A stretch of DNA of 63,801 nt, filler included, from Reclinomonas americana ATCC 50394 (lineage: Eukaryota), in the NCBI GenBank assembly GCA_048213135.1. It is 7 parts of 5 records of this genome, joined end to end, with 100 filler letters (N's around TTAATTAATTAA, not from the genome) between each part and the next. Parts side by side here need not be neighbours in the genome. Positions count along the whole stretch, not along the records: positions 52,120 to 55,631 come from PS015457.1; positions 55,732 to 59,791 come from PS015459.1; positions 59,892 to 61,890 come from PS015460.1; positions 61,991 to 63,801 come from PS015468.1; 3 more parts are not named here. The stretch is one strand, 5' to 3'. Positions 52,437-63,801 of the stretch are shown in pieces. The notes below the pieces were generated by a model that was not told where the DNA came from, searched no databases, and saw nothing but the letters and a program-made list of their open reading frames with translations. Made by a program: the position numbers and the translations under genes. The stretch's first letter is position 1; the number at the start of each line of letters is the position of its first letter.

Positions 52437-55345
52437 CACCTGTCAGCCACGAAAATATCCCCCGCCGAGTTCACCGCCAATCCAAGCGGATAGAAGAATC
52501 GAACGGCCGGGCCAGTGCCCTCAATGTATCCCGGACCATTGGCGCCGCCAGCATACGTAGTGGTCACCCCAGCCGCAGTCGTCACTCGTCGAATGCCGTG
52601 GTTATTGTTGTCACCAACGTACAGCACGTCGCCAAGGGCACTGATTGCCAGACCCATCAAATTGTTGAAGCGTGCCGACGTTCCCGTGGCATCAGTGGAG
52701 CCAGACGTTGTCGATCCCGCCAGAGTCGTCACCACACCGGCTGCCGTGATGGCGCGAATCATGCGATTATTCGAGTCGGCCACGTACACGATGCCAGTCG
52801 GGCCGACGACAACGCTGGTGGGGCCTGGGCGAGAGCAAGAATAAAGTGAGCAGCGAGTAGTATGAAAGGGAAACGATAATGCAGAGCGATGAGAGGGAGA
52901 CGAATCAAGAACGGTGGAAAGAGCGAAGAAACGCGAACGAGAAGAAAGAGTGGTTGTAATTTGACTGCATTTCTCTCGACGAATATCAAACCAGTGCTCT
53001 CCAAGTCTGGTGCACGCAGCAAGCTCACTGCTCCTTACCCTCATGAGCTCTTGCCCTCTGTCTCTCCGGAAAGCACGTGAGAAGGAAGTCAGCCTATCGA
53101 ATGGACAGTGCAGAACTCTCTGTGAGAAAGGCAGTACTCTGATTATCAAGCCACTTTCGTGCTGCTCCTCCAATCTCCTTCTCTCTCTCTGCCTCTCTCG
53201 TTATTCTCTGTCTTCTCCCTCTTCCTCTCCTCCTTGTATCTCTTGATTTGCTTAACTGAACTCACCATTAAACGTCGCAGCAGTACCAGTGCCATTGGCC
53301 GACCCTGCTACGCCCGTGGCGCTGCCGGCAAACGTGGATACAGAACCGGTCGACACGACAATCTTGCGAATCGTGTTGGAGTCCGTGTCGGCGACATACA
53401 TGTTCGCGATGGCTGTGTCTGTGGCCACGTCGCCCGGGTTGCTGAGCACACCCGGCACGCCGCTGCCAATACTAGCAGTGCCAGCAGTGCCCGCAAATGT
53501 GGTCACCACGCCGGCAAGCGTCACCTGCGAGGAACATGTGCATCAGGAAGGGTGAAGAGAGAGTCTCCAGAATGCAACACATCGCACACCTTGCGAATCG
53601 TGTGAGCGCCGGAATCGGCAACCCAGATCGTATCCGTGGAGTCAATACCAACACCGCGCGGTCCGTTGAATTGAGCACCCGTCGATGTGCCGTCTGCCGT
53701 GCCCGGCGTGCCCACTTGACCGGCCAACGTGCTGGTCACTCCAGCGGCAGTGACGTACCGGAGGGCGTGGTTGCCGGTCTGAACAGGGAAAGACGGAGGA
53801 AGAAGCAAGGGACAACTGAGGAACAAGGACGGTGGACATGCACAAATGGAGAGCGCAATAAACGACAAGGATATTCACACGAAGCGATAGTCATCGGAAC
53901 CAGAGACAAATGAGAGCGCGAGAGAGGGAGCGAGGAAAAGACGCATGGAAACAGACACTAACAGATTGTGTGACGCAAGAGGGATACCCAGAAGAAGACA
54001 AACAAACAAGTAATACGATTGGTGAAGAGCGAACGAGAAAACGACTGAAGAACGCCTCTGCCAGCGATCCAGACAAAGCACAACCAAGCATTGAGACACA
54101 CAATCCTGGCTCTGCCTCTGCCACCTCGCTTTCCCCACACTCCCTTCGCTTCGTCACGCAACATCGGCGACCACCACATTACCCATCGAGTCGACCACCA
54201 CGTCGTTCGGGTTGTTGAGACGGCCGGGTGAGCCATTGGTGGAGCCGGCGTTGCTGACGGAGCCGGCAAATGTGTTCAACGCCGGCGTAGCGGCAATGTA
54301 CCGGCGAATGGCATTGTTGCTGGAGTCGGCAATGTACACGGTGCCGGCCTTGTCGGATCGACAGCTGCGCGGGTAGAACATGCGACCCAGCGGCATGGCG
54401 CCAGTGCCGTCAGCATAGCCAGACCAGCCGCACCGACCTGTTCCCCACACACACACACACACAGAGGTGAGCAGGCAGCTCGTGATGCATGGGAAACGAT
54501 AAGTACGCACCGGCAACCGATGTCACAGCATACGGGGCGGTGGTCGACACGCGGCGCAAGCAGTGCCAGTTCTGATCGAGAACATAAAAGTAGCCGGTGC
54601 CATCGAGGCAGCCACCGACTGGCAAATTGAACACGGCACTCGTCCCGTTGCCGTCAGCGGGCGTGCTGAGTGCAGTCGTGCCGGCAACCGTGGTCACAAC
54701 GCCGCCGGGAACCGTCACCTGGCGATTGATAAAGTTACAAATATTCAGGAGACCAACAATAATAAGAAAAGAGAGCGCGAAAGACGCAACAGTCTTGATG
54801 AGGCGATTGTTCGAGTCGGCCACCCACGCCACACCATTGGTCGAGTCAACAGAAATTCCAAATGGCTGCAGCAAGGTTCAACAAGAGCAACACCAACAAC
54901 GACGACGACGCAGGAAAAAAAAACGAACACTATTGAACCGGGCAACACTGCCAGTGCCATCGACGTTGCCCGGGGTACCTGCCGAACCAGCAATGGTGGT
55001 GACCACGCCGCCGGGAACGGTGACACGACGAATGGTCGAGTTGTCGTACTGCAGCGCGGGTGAGACGATGGGATGAGAGATGCGCGTGTGTGGTGAAATG
55101 CGCAACATCGGCCACGTAGAGCGATGCGGTTACTGTGTCGTAGTCGATGCCGGCGGGATTCTGCAATAAAGAGTGAATAGCCAGCATTGATCTGCCAAAG
55201 CGGCTCCATGAGACCGACCTGAAAGCGCGCCGCGCTGCCCGTGCCGTCCACACTGCCCGACGAGCCACACGTGCCAGCCAGTGTCGTGACAGCACCAATG
55301 GGGCTACCGGTGATGGTGACCTTGCGGATGCAGTGATTTGCGGTC
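52437..55345 (-). CDS. NHL-repeat exons (roughly a dozen repeats); N-terminal part of the giant receptor or a separate NHL gene
   Basis: Repeats such as VYVADSNNRMIRAITAAGVVTTLAGSTTSGSTDATGTSARFNN and MYVADTDSNTIRKIVVSTGSVSTFAG. The contig is bounded by artificial joins, so its linkage is unproven. Confidence 0.8.
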
Positions 55346-55739
55346 TGCGTGTAGAGAGCAAAAAAAGCGGTGGAGGAAGGGGAGGAGGGGGGGAGGAGAG
55401 GGGGAGGAGAGGGGGAGGAGAGGGGGAGGAGAGGGGAGGAGAGGGGGGAAGGTGAAGGGGAAGGAAAAGGGGAAGGAAAGGGGAAGGAAAGGGGAAGGAA
55501 AGAGGGAAGGAAGGGGAAGAGCAAGGGGAAGGAAAAGGGGGAAGGAAAAGGGGGAAGAGGGAGGGGGAAGGTGAAGGGGGAAGAGAACGGGAAGAGCAAG
55601 GGGAAGACCGAAGGAGGAAAACCGAAGGGGGNNNNNNNNNNNNNNNNNNNNNNNNNNNNNNNNNNNNNNNNNNNNTTAATTAATTAANNNNNNNNNNNNN
55701 NNNNNNNNNNNNNNNNNNNNNNNNNNNNNNNTGTGCCGT

Positions 55740-58400
55740 CTGAGACGATCACCACCGTCAGACAAAAAACAATACTGCACGATCGCGTCACCACGGCAGC
55801 ACACTCACCCGGTAGCGGAACGGATCGTCTGACGGGAGCGACGCGGAGCCGGTGGCGAATCGCGACACCTGCGCCTCGTGCTCGATCCACGATGTCACCC
55901 ACCCAGAGTTGGCCAGTTTCAGACGCTGCAGCATGCCACGAGCGGCGGTGCGGCCCGATGCACGCTCCCACTGCTTGACGACAAACATGCGGCACGCACG
56001 CTGCGCCGGCAACGGCACATTCAACACCATGTCGGCCACGCTTCCGACGCGCGGGTCCTCACACGCCGCCGCTGCAGTGAAGCGAGCAATCGGAGTGAGA
56101 AAACAAGTGTGTCATGCATGGTGTGTGGGGAACGAGCACAAAACCAAAAAAAAACGCAACGATTCTCAGCGAGCACACGGCTGTACAGGGTGAGGAAGGC
56201 ACGAACGTAGCCAATGAGCTGCAAGGCTGAGAACGCCGCCGGGGCGTTGAGGCGCGCCAGCACGTTCACGTCGGGCATGTCGGGCGGCTGACCGCGAGCA
56301 AGTGCCTGCCGTACAACCGTGTCGCACAGCACCACAAAGTCGCCACGGCACTCTTGCATCAATGTTGAGCTGCCCGTGCACACACGTAAGCATGGAGATA
56401 AAGAGACTGACGCGAGTACGCCATAGCAGGACTGCATCACGCACCGCAGCTTGTTGTGCCACTCATCCTCTGCAGCCTGCACCAACAACAGGGCCAGGTC
56501 GAACGACAAGCTCTCGCCGTGGTGGGCATACTCGGCCGCCACACGCTCCGCCAACAGCTGCTTGACCACGTTGACCGAAGCCACCGCCGACTCTGCTGCC
56601 GACGCACGCACGCACGCACAATGAGATCAAATTGTTTTTGGTGGTCGAGCACAGATTCGACGCACCTCCACCAGCAGCACTGCTGCCGGCGAGGAAGTGG
56701 CCAGCCACTCCGGCGGCCGCTGGTGCCACCGCCGCAGCCTTGCTGCCAACACTCAGCAGACGACGCAGCACAGACACACGAGTGGAGATGGAGAGCTTAA
56801 AGTCGGCAAAGAACGAGGCACCACCGCGTCCCGCATCGGCCGCCGCCGGTGCCGCCTCCTCGTCGCCAAAGTTGCGTCCAGAGATCTGCCGGCGAGCAGT
56901 GAGCGACTCGAGTGACGGAACAGCCACGGCGAAAGCGCCACACTCACCAGATCAATCAGCAGCGACATCATCTGCGTGTTCATGAGATCGTCGCCGGCCT
57001 CGAAAACAAAGTGCGCAATGTAGAACTCCATCAGCAAGCTGAGAGAAATGGAGGAAGCAAATGGTGTGAGCACGAGCAACTGAGAAACATGGGAGTTGCA
57101 TCGTGCGTACCTGCACTTCTCCTTCATCAGGCGCTCCTTCTCGTGCGACAAGAAGAGATTTTCTTCCGCCGTGNNNNNNNNNNNNNNNNNNNNNNNNNNN
57201 NNNNNNNNNNNNNNNNNNNNNNNNNNNNNNNNNNNNNNNNNNNNNNNNNNNNNNNNNNNNNNNNNNNNNNNNNNNNNNNNNNNNNNNNNNNNNNNNNNNN
57301 NNNNNNNNNNNNNNNNNNNNNNNNNNNNNNNNNNNNNNNNNNNNNNNNNNNNNNNNNNNNNNNNNNNNNNNNNNNNNNNNNNNNNNNNNNNNNNNNNNNN
57401 NNNNNNNNNNNNNNNNNNNNNNNNNNNNNNNNNNNNNNNNNNNNNNNNNNNNNNNNNNNNNNNNCTGTTCAATCATGGAACACACACGCGAGACAAACCC
57501 CACAGTGCGCAGGAGAATCTCTCGCACGAGACGGTACTGCACTTCGACCGAGAGGTGCGTGTGCACCGAGCTCATCGCCATGTAATCGTGCGCATACCAC
57601 TCTGCCAGCGGCGCGTCTTCCGACACCGCCACCTCGGTAACCTCCGGCAGTGCCTGCTCCATCTGCTTCTGCAACACTTCGACAGATCTATGGAGCTTTT
57701 AGCAACTTCCACGCGCACACTCGGACATGACACGGCACCACTGCACGTACCCATTGAAGCTGTCCACCATGCCGCGCATCTGCTGCATCACCGTGTACAC
57801 GTAGTAGCCGAACGGGAAGCGCGAGTGGAAATCTGGAGTGTGCAGAGAGACGGTCGGCACCTCCACGTGACCGGTGGCGCTGAACTGCAGATTCGCCACA
57901 TGGCCAGCAAGGCACTTGTCCCACAGCTTCAGCCACATTTCACGGACAACAGCTGCGTGCGCACACACGTACGTACACAAACAACAACAACGATGAACAA
58001 ATGCGAGACAACATCGAAATGACAACACCAAGTCATACGCACGTGCGCCCTCACGGAACACGGCCAAGTTGTGGTTGCGGTCGACGTAGCTCATAATGAC
58101 AGCCATGGCCTTCAGAATCACACCCATGAGCTGCTGCTGCAGCGCCGAGTGGTAGCTGTTGGAGTGGCCGTGGTTAGTACCCAACACTCGTAACNNNNNN
58201 NNNNNNNNNNNNNNNNNNNNNNNNNNNNNNNNNNNNNNNNNNNNNNNNNNNNNNNNNNNNNNNNNNNNNNNNNNNNNNNNNNNNNNNNNNNNNNNNNNNN
58301 NNNNNNNNNNNNNNNNNNNNNNNNNNNNNNNNNNNNNNNNNNNNNNNNNNNNNNNNNNNNNNNNNNNNNNNNNNNNNNNNNACACACACACACACACACA

Positions 58401-58444
<44 letters not shown>

Positions 58445-59786
58445 CGTCACCTTCCAGCCATGCACAGTGCGCGCATGCTCGACGCCACCTGATACTGCCA
58501 GCCTTTCTCGCTGCCAAAGCCGTACTCGTTCTGCTGAATCATGTGCAAAATCTGCTGCTGCAGCTTCGGCACAAAGACGTCGTCGGACAGCAACTCCATC
58601 ACAGTGCGAATCTGACCGCGGACACTGTCGCCGTCGCGACGGTACGGGTACAACAACTGAAGAGCACACAAGGATGAGCGCAAAAGAGCACGCAGAAGCG
58701 GTCGGCACGGCAACGTACCAACGACAGAGCCATGCGGAAGTGGCGACGAAGCATCGACACGAGCGAGCCAGCTTCGTAGAAGCGATTGACCAGCTCGTAG
58801 ATACTGCGCGTGAGCATTTCCATCTGCAAATGCATGCCGAGTCAGCACTCCGAGTCATCTTCTAGATGGAGAGAATATATATATATATGTGTGTGTGTGC
58901 ACAAACCGTGTCGCCAAACTCCTCGTCCACCGACACAGTGTCGACAAAGGCGAAACCCCAGGTCTTGTCAAAGTCGAAGGTGAAGGGCGTCTCCGCCGCG
59001 CGATGCACGTGAATGAGCATCACCACGTGGCGAGTAGGCATGCCTGTGCGAGTGACGCAAATGAGGTGAGCAAATGAGGCTGTGCCAACGGCGATGGCGA
59101 CAGCGTGACGCACCGGCAGTGTACGACTTGCCACGAATGTTCTCGCACAGGTACTTGGTGTGCTGCACGCGCTGCACACTGGTGATGATCGGTTCGCACT
59201 GAATGACCAGCAGGCTCGGCTCCGGTGATCCACCAGTGAAGAACTCGGTCAGGCTGCATCACGCACAGTGAGCCAGAGAGAAAAACACACCATCTTCATC
59301 CCGACACTTTCTCCGCACCTGCGCGACATGTCTGTCTCCGAGTGCATCTCGTGCAGACGGACAACAGACACCTTGAGGTGCTCGCCCAGACCCTCATTGA
59401 GCCGTACAATCACGTCGCCGCTCAACGGCGAGAACGTGAGCAGCATTGTCAGCATGCCGAGTGAGTCGCCCCACTGAGTCGCATCACTGTGTTTCAATGT
59501 ATATGTCAGTGAGTGGCTACGCGTACGCAGAGTGCTTCGCGAATGAACGCAACGTTGCGCGCTGCGAGAGGGCCGACTTCAAGAATGTGACCAGATCGCG
59601 GTGATGCTGCTCGTGGTAGTACACCGTACTGCAGAGGGAAAGGGGCGTCAGCAGGAGCACACAAAACATAACACGGAACGGATCGACTAACCGTGCCCGC
59701 TCGATGAACATCGGCGCATTATCACGGTTCTGTGCGCGCACAATGCTCTCCGGCGTGACCACCCACAGCAGGCGGTACCACACCTG
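55740..59786 (-). CDS. RNF213/mysterin-like giant AAA+ ATPase/E3 ligase, central part downstream of the AAA core
   Basis: LLWVVTPESIVRA...YYHEQHHRDLVTFL, LLTFSPL, VVRLHEMHSETDM, LLVIQCE...TKYLCEN, RHVVMLIHVHR...TWGFAFVDTV, RFPFGYYV and WYAHDYM follow the motif order of the RNF213 post-AAA region as I recall it. Confidence 0.7.
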
Positions 59787-59919
59787 CTCAANNNNNNNNN
59801 NNNNNNNNNNNNNNNNNNNNNNNNNNNNNNNNNNNTTAATTAATTAANNNNNNNNNNNNNNNNNNNNNNNNNNNNNNNNNNNNNNNNNNNNGGTATCTAA
59901 TTGACGCACCGAGGTGGAA

Positions 59920-61890
59920 TATCGACAACGCGATGCTTGTCGACGCTCCACAGGAACGGCACCACCGACAACCACGTGAACGAGCCACGCTTCGCCTCGA
60001 GCTCCATGACTGAGCAAATGCCCTTGGCGAGCATGGGCTTCCAGCCGTACGGCAACGTCTGCGCGCATTGCAAGCGGCATCAGCACTCTATCTCTCTCTC
60101 TCTCTCTGTCTTCACGCACGACAACCCCGTGACGTACATCAAGCACGGCGTCCAGCTTGACCAGAGCGGGATCGCGCAGTCGCTGAATGAGTTGCACAGG
60201 GAACGGATCCTTGCGCGCCTCCACAGCAGCCGGTGCTGCGTAGTAGGTTCTGCACGCACGACATCAGCAAACTGTCAAAACCATACAAAAAAAGAGAGAT
60301 CACGAACCGCTGCATGTTGGCCGCTCGAGTGCGAATGTCGTTTGAGTGCACAGCGTTGCCCCAGATCGACAGCAGCGCCAGCACAATGTCATTGCGAGTC
60401 AGCAATTCTGTTCGCTCGTTGATGACCTCGCACATGAGGTCGGAGAGCAACTCGCACTCCTTGTCCTACACACACACACACACCGCACTTATCAGTCCAT
60501 GCACGTGAACGCTACTTGTGAGAGTGCCACGCAACTCGACGCAAAAAGTTCTCACGGAACGACTGCTCTCGGAACGTGTCGTACTCTTGCAGGAAATTGT
60601 TGAGGTCGCGACGGTTCTCCACCAAGTCGGAGAAGAGATCTTGGTACAGCGCCAGGAACTTGTCTTCGTTCTTGGCCATCATGCCGCCTGCGTGCAATGG
60701 GGAAAATGATGAGAAGCGGGATCATTGTACAGACGCGAGGGAGGGAGAGGGCGGTACGCACCAAAGAACGCCATCACGCCCTTCTTGCGGAACGTGTGAT
60801 AGTACGACCACTCCATGGCCCACACACGGCGATTCGGATCGTTTTCCCACTCGGTGCGTGGCTCTGCCTCGGTGCCGCTCTCGATCGAGTACTGTGCACA
60901 TGGGAGAGGTGAGGCGCACAGTGTGGTGGAGGGACAAGTGGTGATCCAACAGAGAACGAGAGATGGGCGACTCAGACGAGAGGGAGGACGTCGCTCCATA
61001 CACAGACCTTGAACTCCAACAGCGGCTTGGTGTACCCGCGAGCATTGGCCGCGTACTAGAGCAGGCGCGGGCGTGAGGTGAGGAACAGTGCACGATGAGA
61101 AACAGATGACAGTGATAGTCACACCGGCAACTTGATCTTGCACGTGTAGTGCTTGTTGTTGTTCGGGTGAGGGACCATGATTGCGCTGGCAAACTCCCAT
61201 CCGCCGACCACCTCCAGGTCTAACAACAGCACACTGACGTGAGAACGATAGCGATACACGGTGGCGTGCCACAGCTCACAAACACACACACACCTCCACG
61301 CATGCACACATACGAGCCGGCCGGCGCCGGGTCATTCAACAGCAAGTGGAACTCGACCTCGGTCTCGCCAGCCTCCGGCTCTCGGTTGACCGGTCGCCCA
61401 CCAAACGAGCCCAGGAAGCTGTCGCCCGGCAAGTACGTCGGATTGCTGTACGTGCTCGTGGCGCCGCCGGCACTGTAGGTGTACGAGTAGCCCTGCGACT
61501 GACGCGAGCCGGCACCTGCGCTCCCGGGTGAGAATCAGAGCGGCCAAGAGGGAGGGAGAGAGAGAGAGGCACGCACCATACACGCCGCCAGTGCCAGTGC
61601 CATAGCCACCACCGGTTCCGTACGAACTGCCGTACCCGCTGCCGTAGCCACCACCACCACTGCCGTAGCCGCCAGAGCCGTAGCCACCGGATCCATAGCC
61701 GCCACTGTAGCCACTGCCGTAGCCACTGCCGCCTGAGCCGTAGCCACCAGAACCGTAGCCACCACCACCACCACCAGAGCTGTAGCCACCGCCACCACTG
61801 TAGCCGCCGCCGCCAGAGCCGTAGCCACCGCTGTAGCCGCTGCCATAGCCACTGCCACTGCCACTGCCACCTGCTGCCGCGCCACTGCCT
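59920..61890 (-). CDS. Probable N-terminal part of the RNF213-like gene: G/S/Y-rich low-complexity region, CBM20-like domain, helical region
   Basis: GYGSGG repeats at 61580-61890. CBM20-like VEFHLLL...VVGGWE...HYTCKIKLP...LLEFKYSIESG...EWENDPNRRV. RNF213 is known to carry an N-terminal CBM20-like domain. Confidence 0.6.
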
Positions 61891-61990
61891 NNNNNNNNNN
61901 NNNNNNNNNNNNNNNNNNNNNNNNNNNNNNNNNNTTAATTAATTAANNNNNNNNNNNNNNNNNNNNNNNNNNNNNNNNNNNNNNNNNNNN

Positions 61991-63801
61991 CGCGTGTCGT
62001 ACTAGACGTACCAGTCAGTGTAAAGTACACCATCCAGCGCTTGATCAGCAGCACCTGCATGAACTGCACGTACTTGCGACGGAACTCGAACGCGAGCGCT
62101 GCCTGGTTGGCAAACACGTCTCGATAGTACGCATTCTGCAACTTCCGCAGCCACACGGCAATGTAGCGAATAAAGCGTGTCTCGTACAGACTGATGGAGC
62201 AGCGATTCCAGTTGTGCACCACGTAGTCGCAGAACAGCGGATGCAAGTCGCACATGAGGAACGATGATGGATCTCGCGCTTCCGAATCCGAAATCGGTCT
62301 GCAGTGCCCAGTAGAAGCGGAAAACTTAGTCCAGAGCGGTATCACCACCATCAATCACAGCAACAAATACACACACACACACAGACCTCGCCATGCTCTC
62401 ACGCGAGTACTTGTGTACAAGCGCCGAGCTGTTGGTCGGCAACGACGTCGACGACCCGGTGGCCACCGTGGACATTGCACTGAAGCCGCCGAGCAGCATG
62501 GAGCTGGGTGGTGGAGCGACGACAGCCGAGTGATTGAAGAAACCGACGGGGTTGCCGGCATTGCTCAGCAGTCCACCAGTCGACGGTACCATACCCAGCG
62601 ACGCGCCACTACCACCACCACCGCCTCCCCCCGAAAAGTCCCACGAACCGTTTCCCCCAGCAATGCCCGGTGTTGTTGCAGGGCCTCCGGCTGCCGCAGT
62701 CGCTGCAGCTCCACCGGCACCGCCATTGCCGGCGCCTACACTGACCGCACCTGCGGCAGCTTGAGAGACGTTCTCACTCAAGTACAGGTCCCACCGCCGT
62801 TCCATGTCGAGGTCGCCCAACGGACCAGTGGACGACGATCGCGCTGGAGAAAATGGCACAGGGAGCGGACTGAAGCCGTAGCTGAACGGCGCCGGCGACT
62901 GTGCCACCGGTGTGCCCCATGTGGGTCCGATGGTTGTCGCTGCTGTCGTCATGGCGCCTGGAGTGCCGAGGGTCGAGGCCACGGACGGTGAGAACACGGA
63001 GGAACCACGCGGAAGTGACTGCCGTCCGCNNNNNNNNNNNNNNNNNNNNNNNNNNNNNNNNNNNNNNNNNNNNNNNNNNNNNNNNNNNNNNNNNNNNNNN
63101 NNNNNNNNNNNNNNNNNNNNNNNNNNNNNNNNNNNNNNNNNNNNNNNNNNNNNNNNNNNNNNNNNNNNNNNNNNNNNNNNNNNNNNNNNNNNNNNNNNNN
63201 NNNTGGGTGTGAACGACGGGGGTGGGATAGGCATCATCGCACCACCACCACCACCACCGCTGCCGCCGCCACCACCACCACCACCATTTGCATTCGTGCT
63301 GCCATTGATTGCCGCCGCGGACGATGTTGTGGACAACGAGGTCGACATGTCGGTGACGGCCGACAATTGTGCGCCAGAAGAGCCAGCAGCTGCTGCCACT
63401 GCCGCCGCCGCTGCTGCGGCCATTGTGCCAGCAGACCCAGAGGGACCCTGCGTTGCTGTTGCCGACGACACGTCACCAACAACTCCCATGCTCGAACTGG
63501 TAAACGAACGCGCTGTCAACGAGAGGTTGTAGGCCGGATGAAGTGGCGGGGTCTGTGCCAGCAGCGGCGACATTGCCGGCGTCCCAAAGAACGAACCAAG
63601 GCCATCAGGTCCATTCGCTGAACTCAGCTGCGCTCGCAAACCGACCAACGGCGGCGTTGGCTTCGGTCCCAGCAGAGGCGTGGTGCCGATGGCGTCACGC
63701 AGCAGTGGCACCGTCGGCGTCAGCACGGTAGCGTCGAAGAGGCTAGGCGCTGACAAGGTGCCGGCGACGCCACTTGACTGCGAACCGCCGGCAGCAGAGG
63801 C
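61991..63801 (-). CDS. Partial gene of unknown function: Ser/Gly/Ala/Pro low-complexity region followed by a globular helical segment
   Basis: Long open frame 62390-63801 plus exon FLMCDLHPLFCDYVVHNWNRCSISLYETRFIRYIAVWLRKLQNAYYRDVF...; codon style resembles the neighbouring genes. Family not recognised. Confidence 0.55.

Noticed and set aside
44150..55345. Bacterial contamination suggested by bacterial-looking NHL repeats
   Set aside because: The repeats are interrupted by many spliceosomal introns with the same donor signature as U2AF2.

Overview
Intron-rich, GC-rich eukaryotic (protist-like) draft scaffold. It has many N gaps and six artificial 100-bp joins carrying TTAATTAATTAA. Splicing exons by hand gives, in order: a partial GNPAT/GPAT-like acyltransferase; U2AF65; an ADF-H plus Btk-type zinc-finger protein; TMEM260/DUF2723; a 7TM-RGS protein; two tandem secreted paralogs (P-domain, beta-sandwiches, H-type lectins); a short secreted orphan; a giant polycystin-1-like receptor (FN3-embedded NHL propellers, EGF, IPT-like repeats, REJ, GPS, ~5TM, no PLAT or channel domain); an RNF213/mysterin-like gene split over two contigs; and a partial unknown gene. 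The most striking signal is in the splice sites. About 30 frame-restoring introns start with a 1-nt-shifted donor GTT(G/A/T)CG, or GTTGAG/GTTGTG, and in every case I traced the last exon base is not G. Homologous introns in the two lectin paralogs switch between G|GTGMGT and H|GTTGCG, which suggests a second major 5' splice-site class. Two small contigs appear inverted. All domain calls are from motif recognition by eye; no searches were run.
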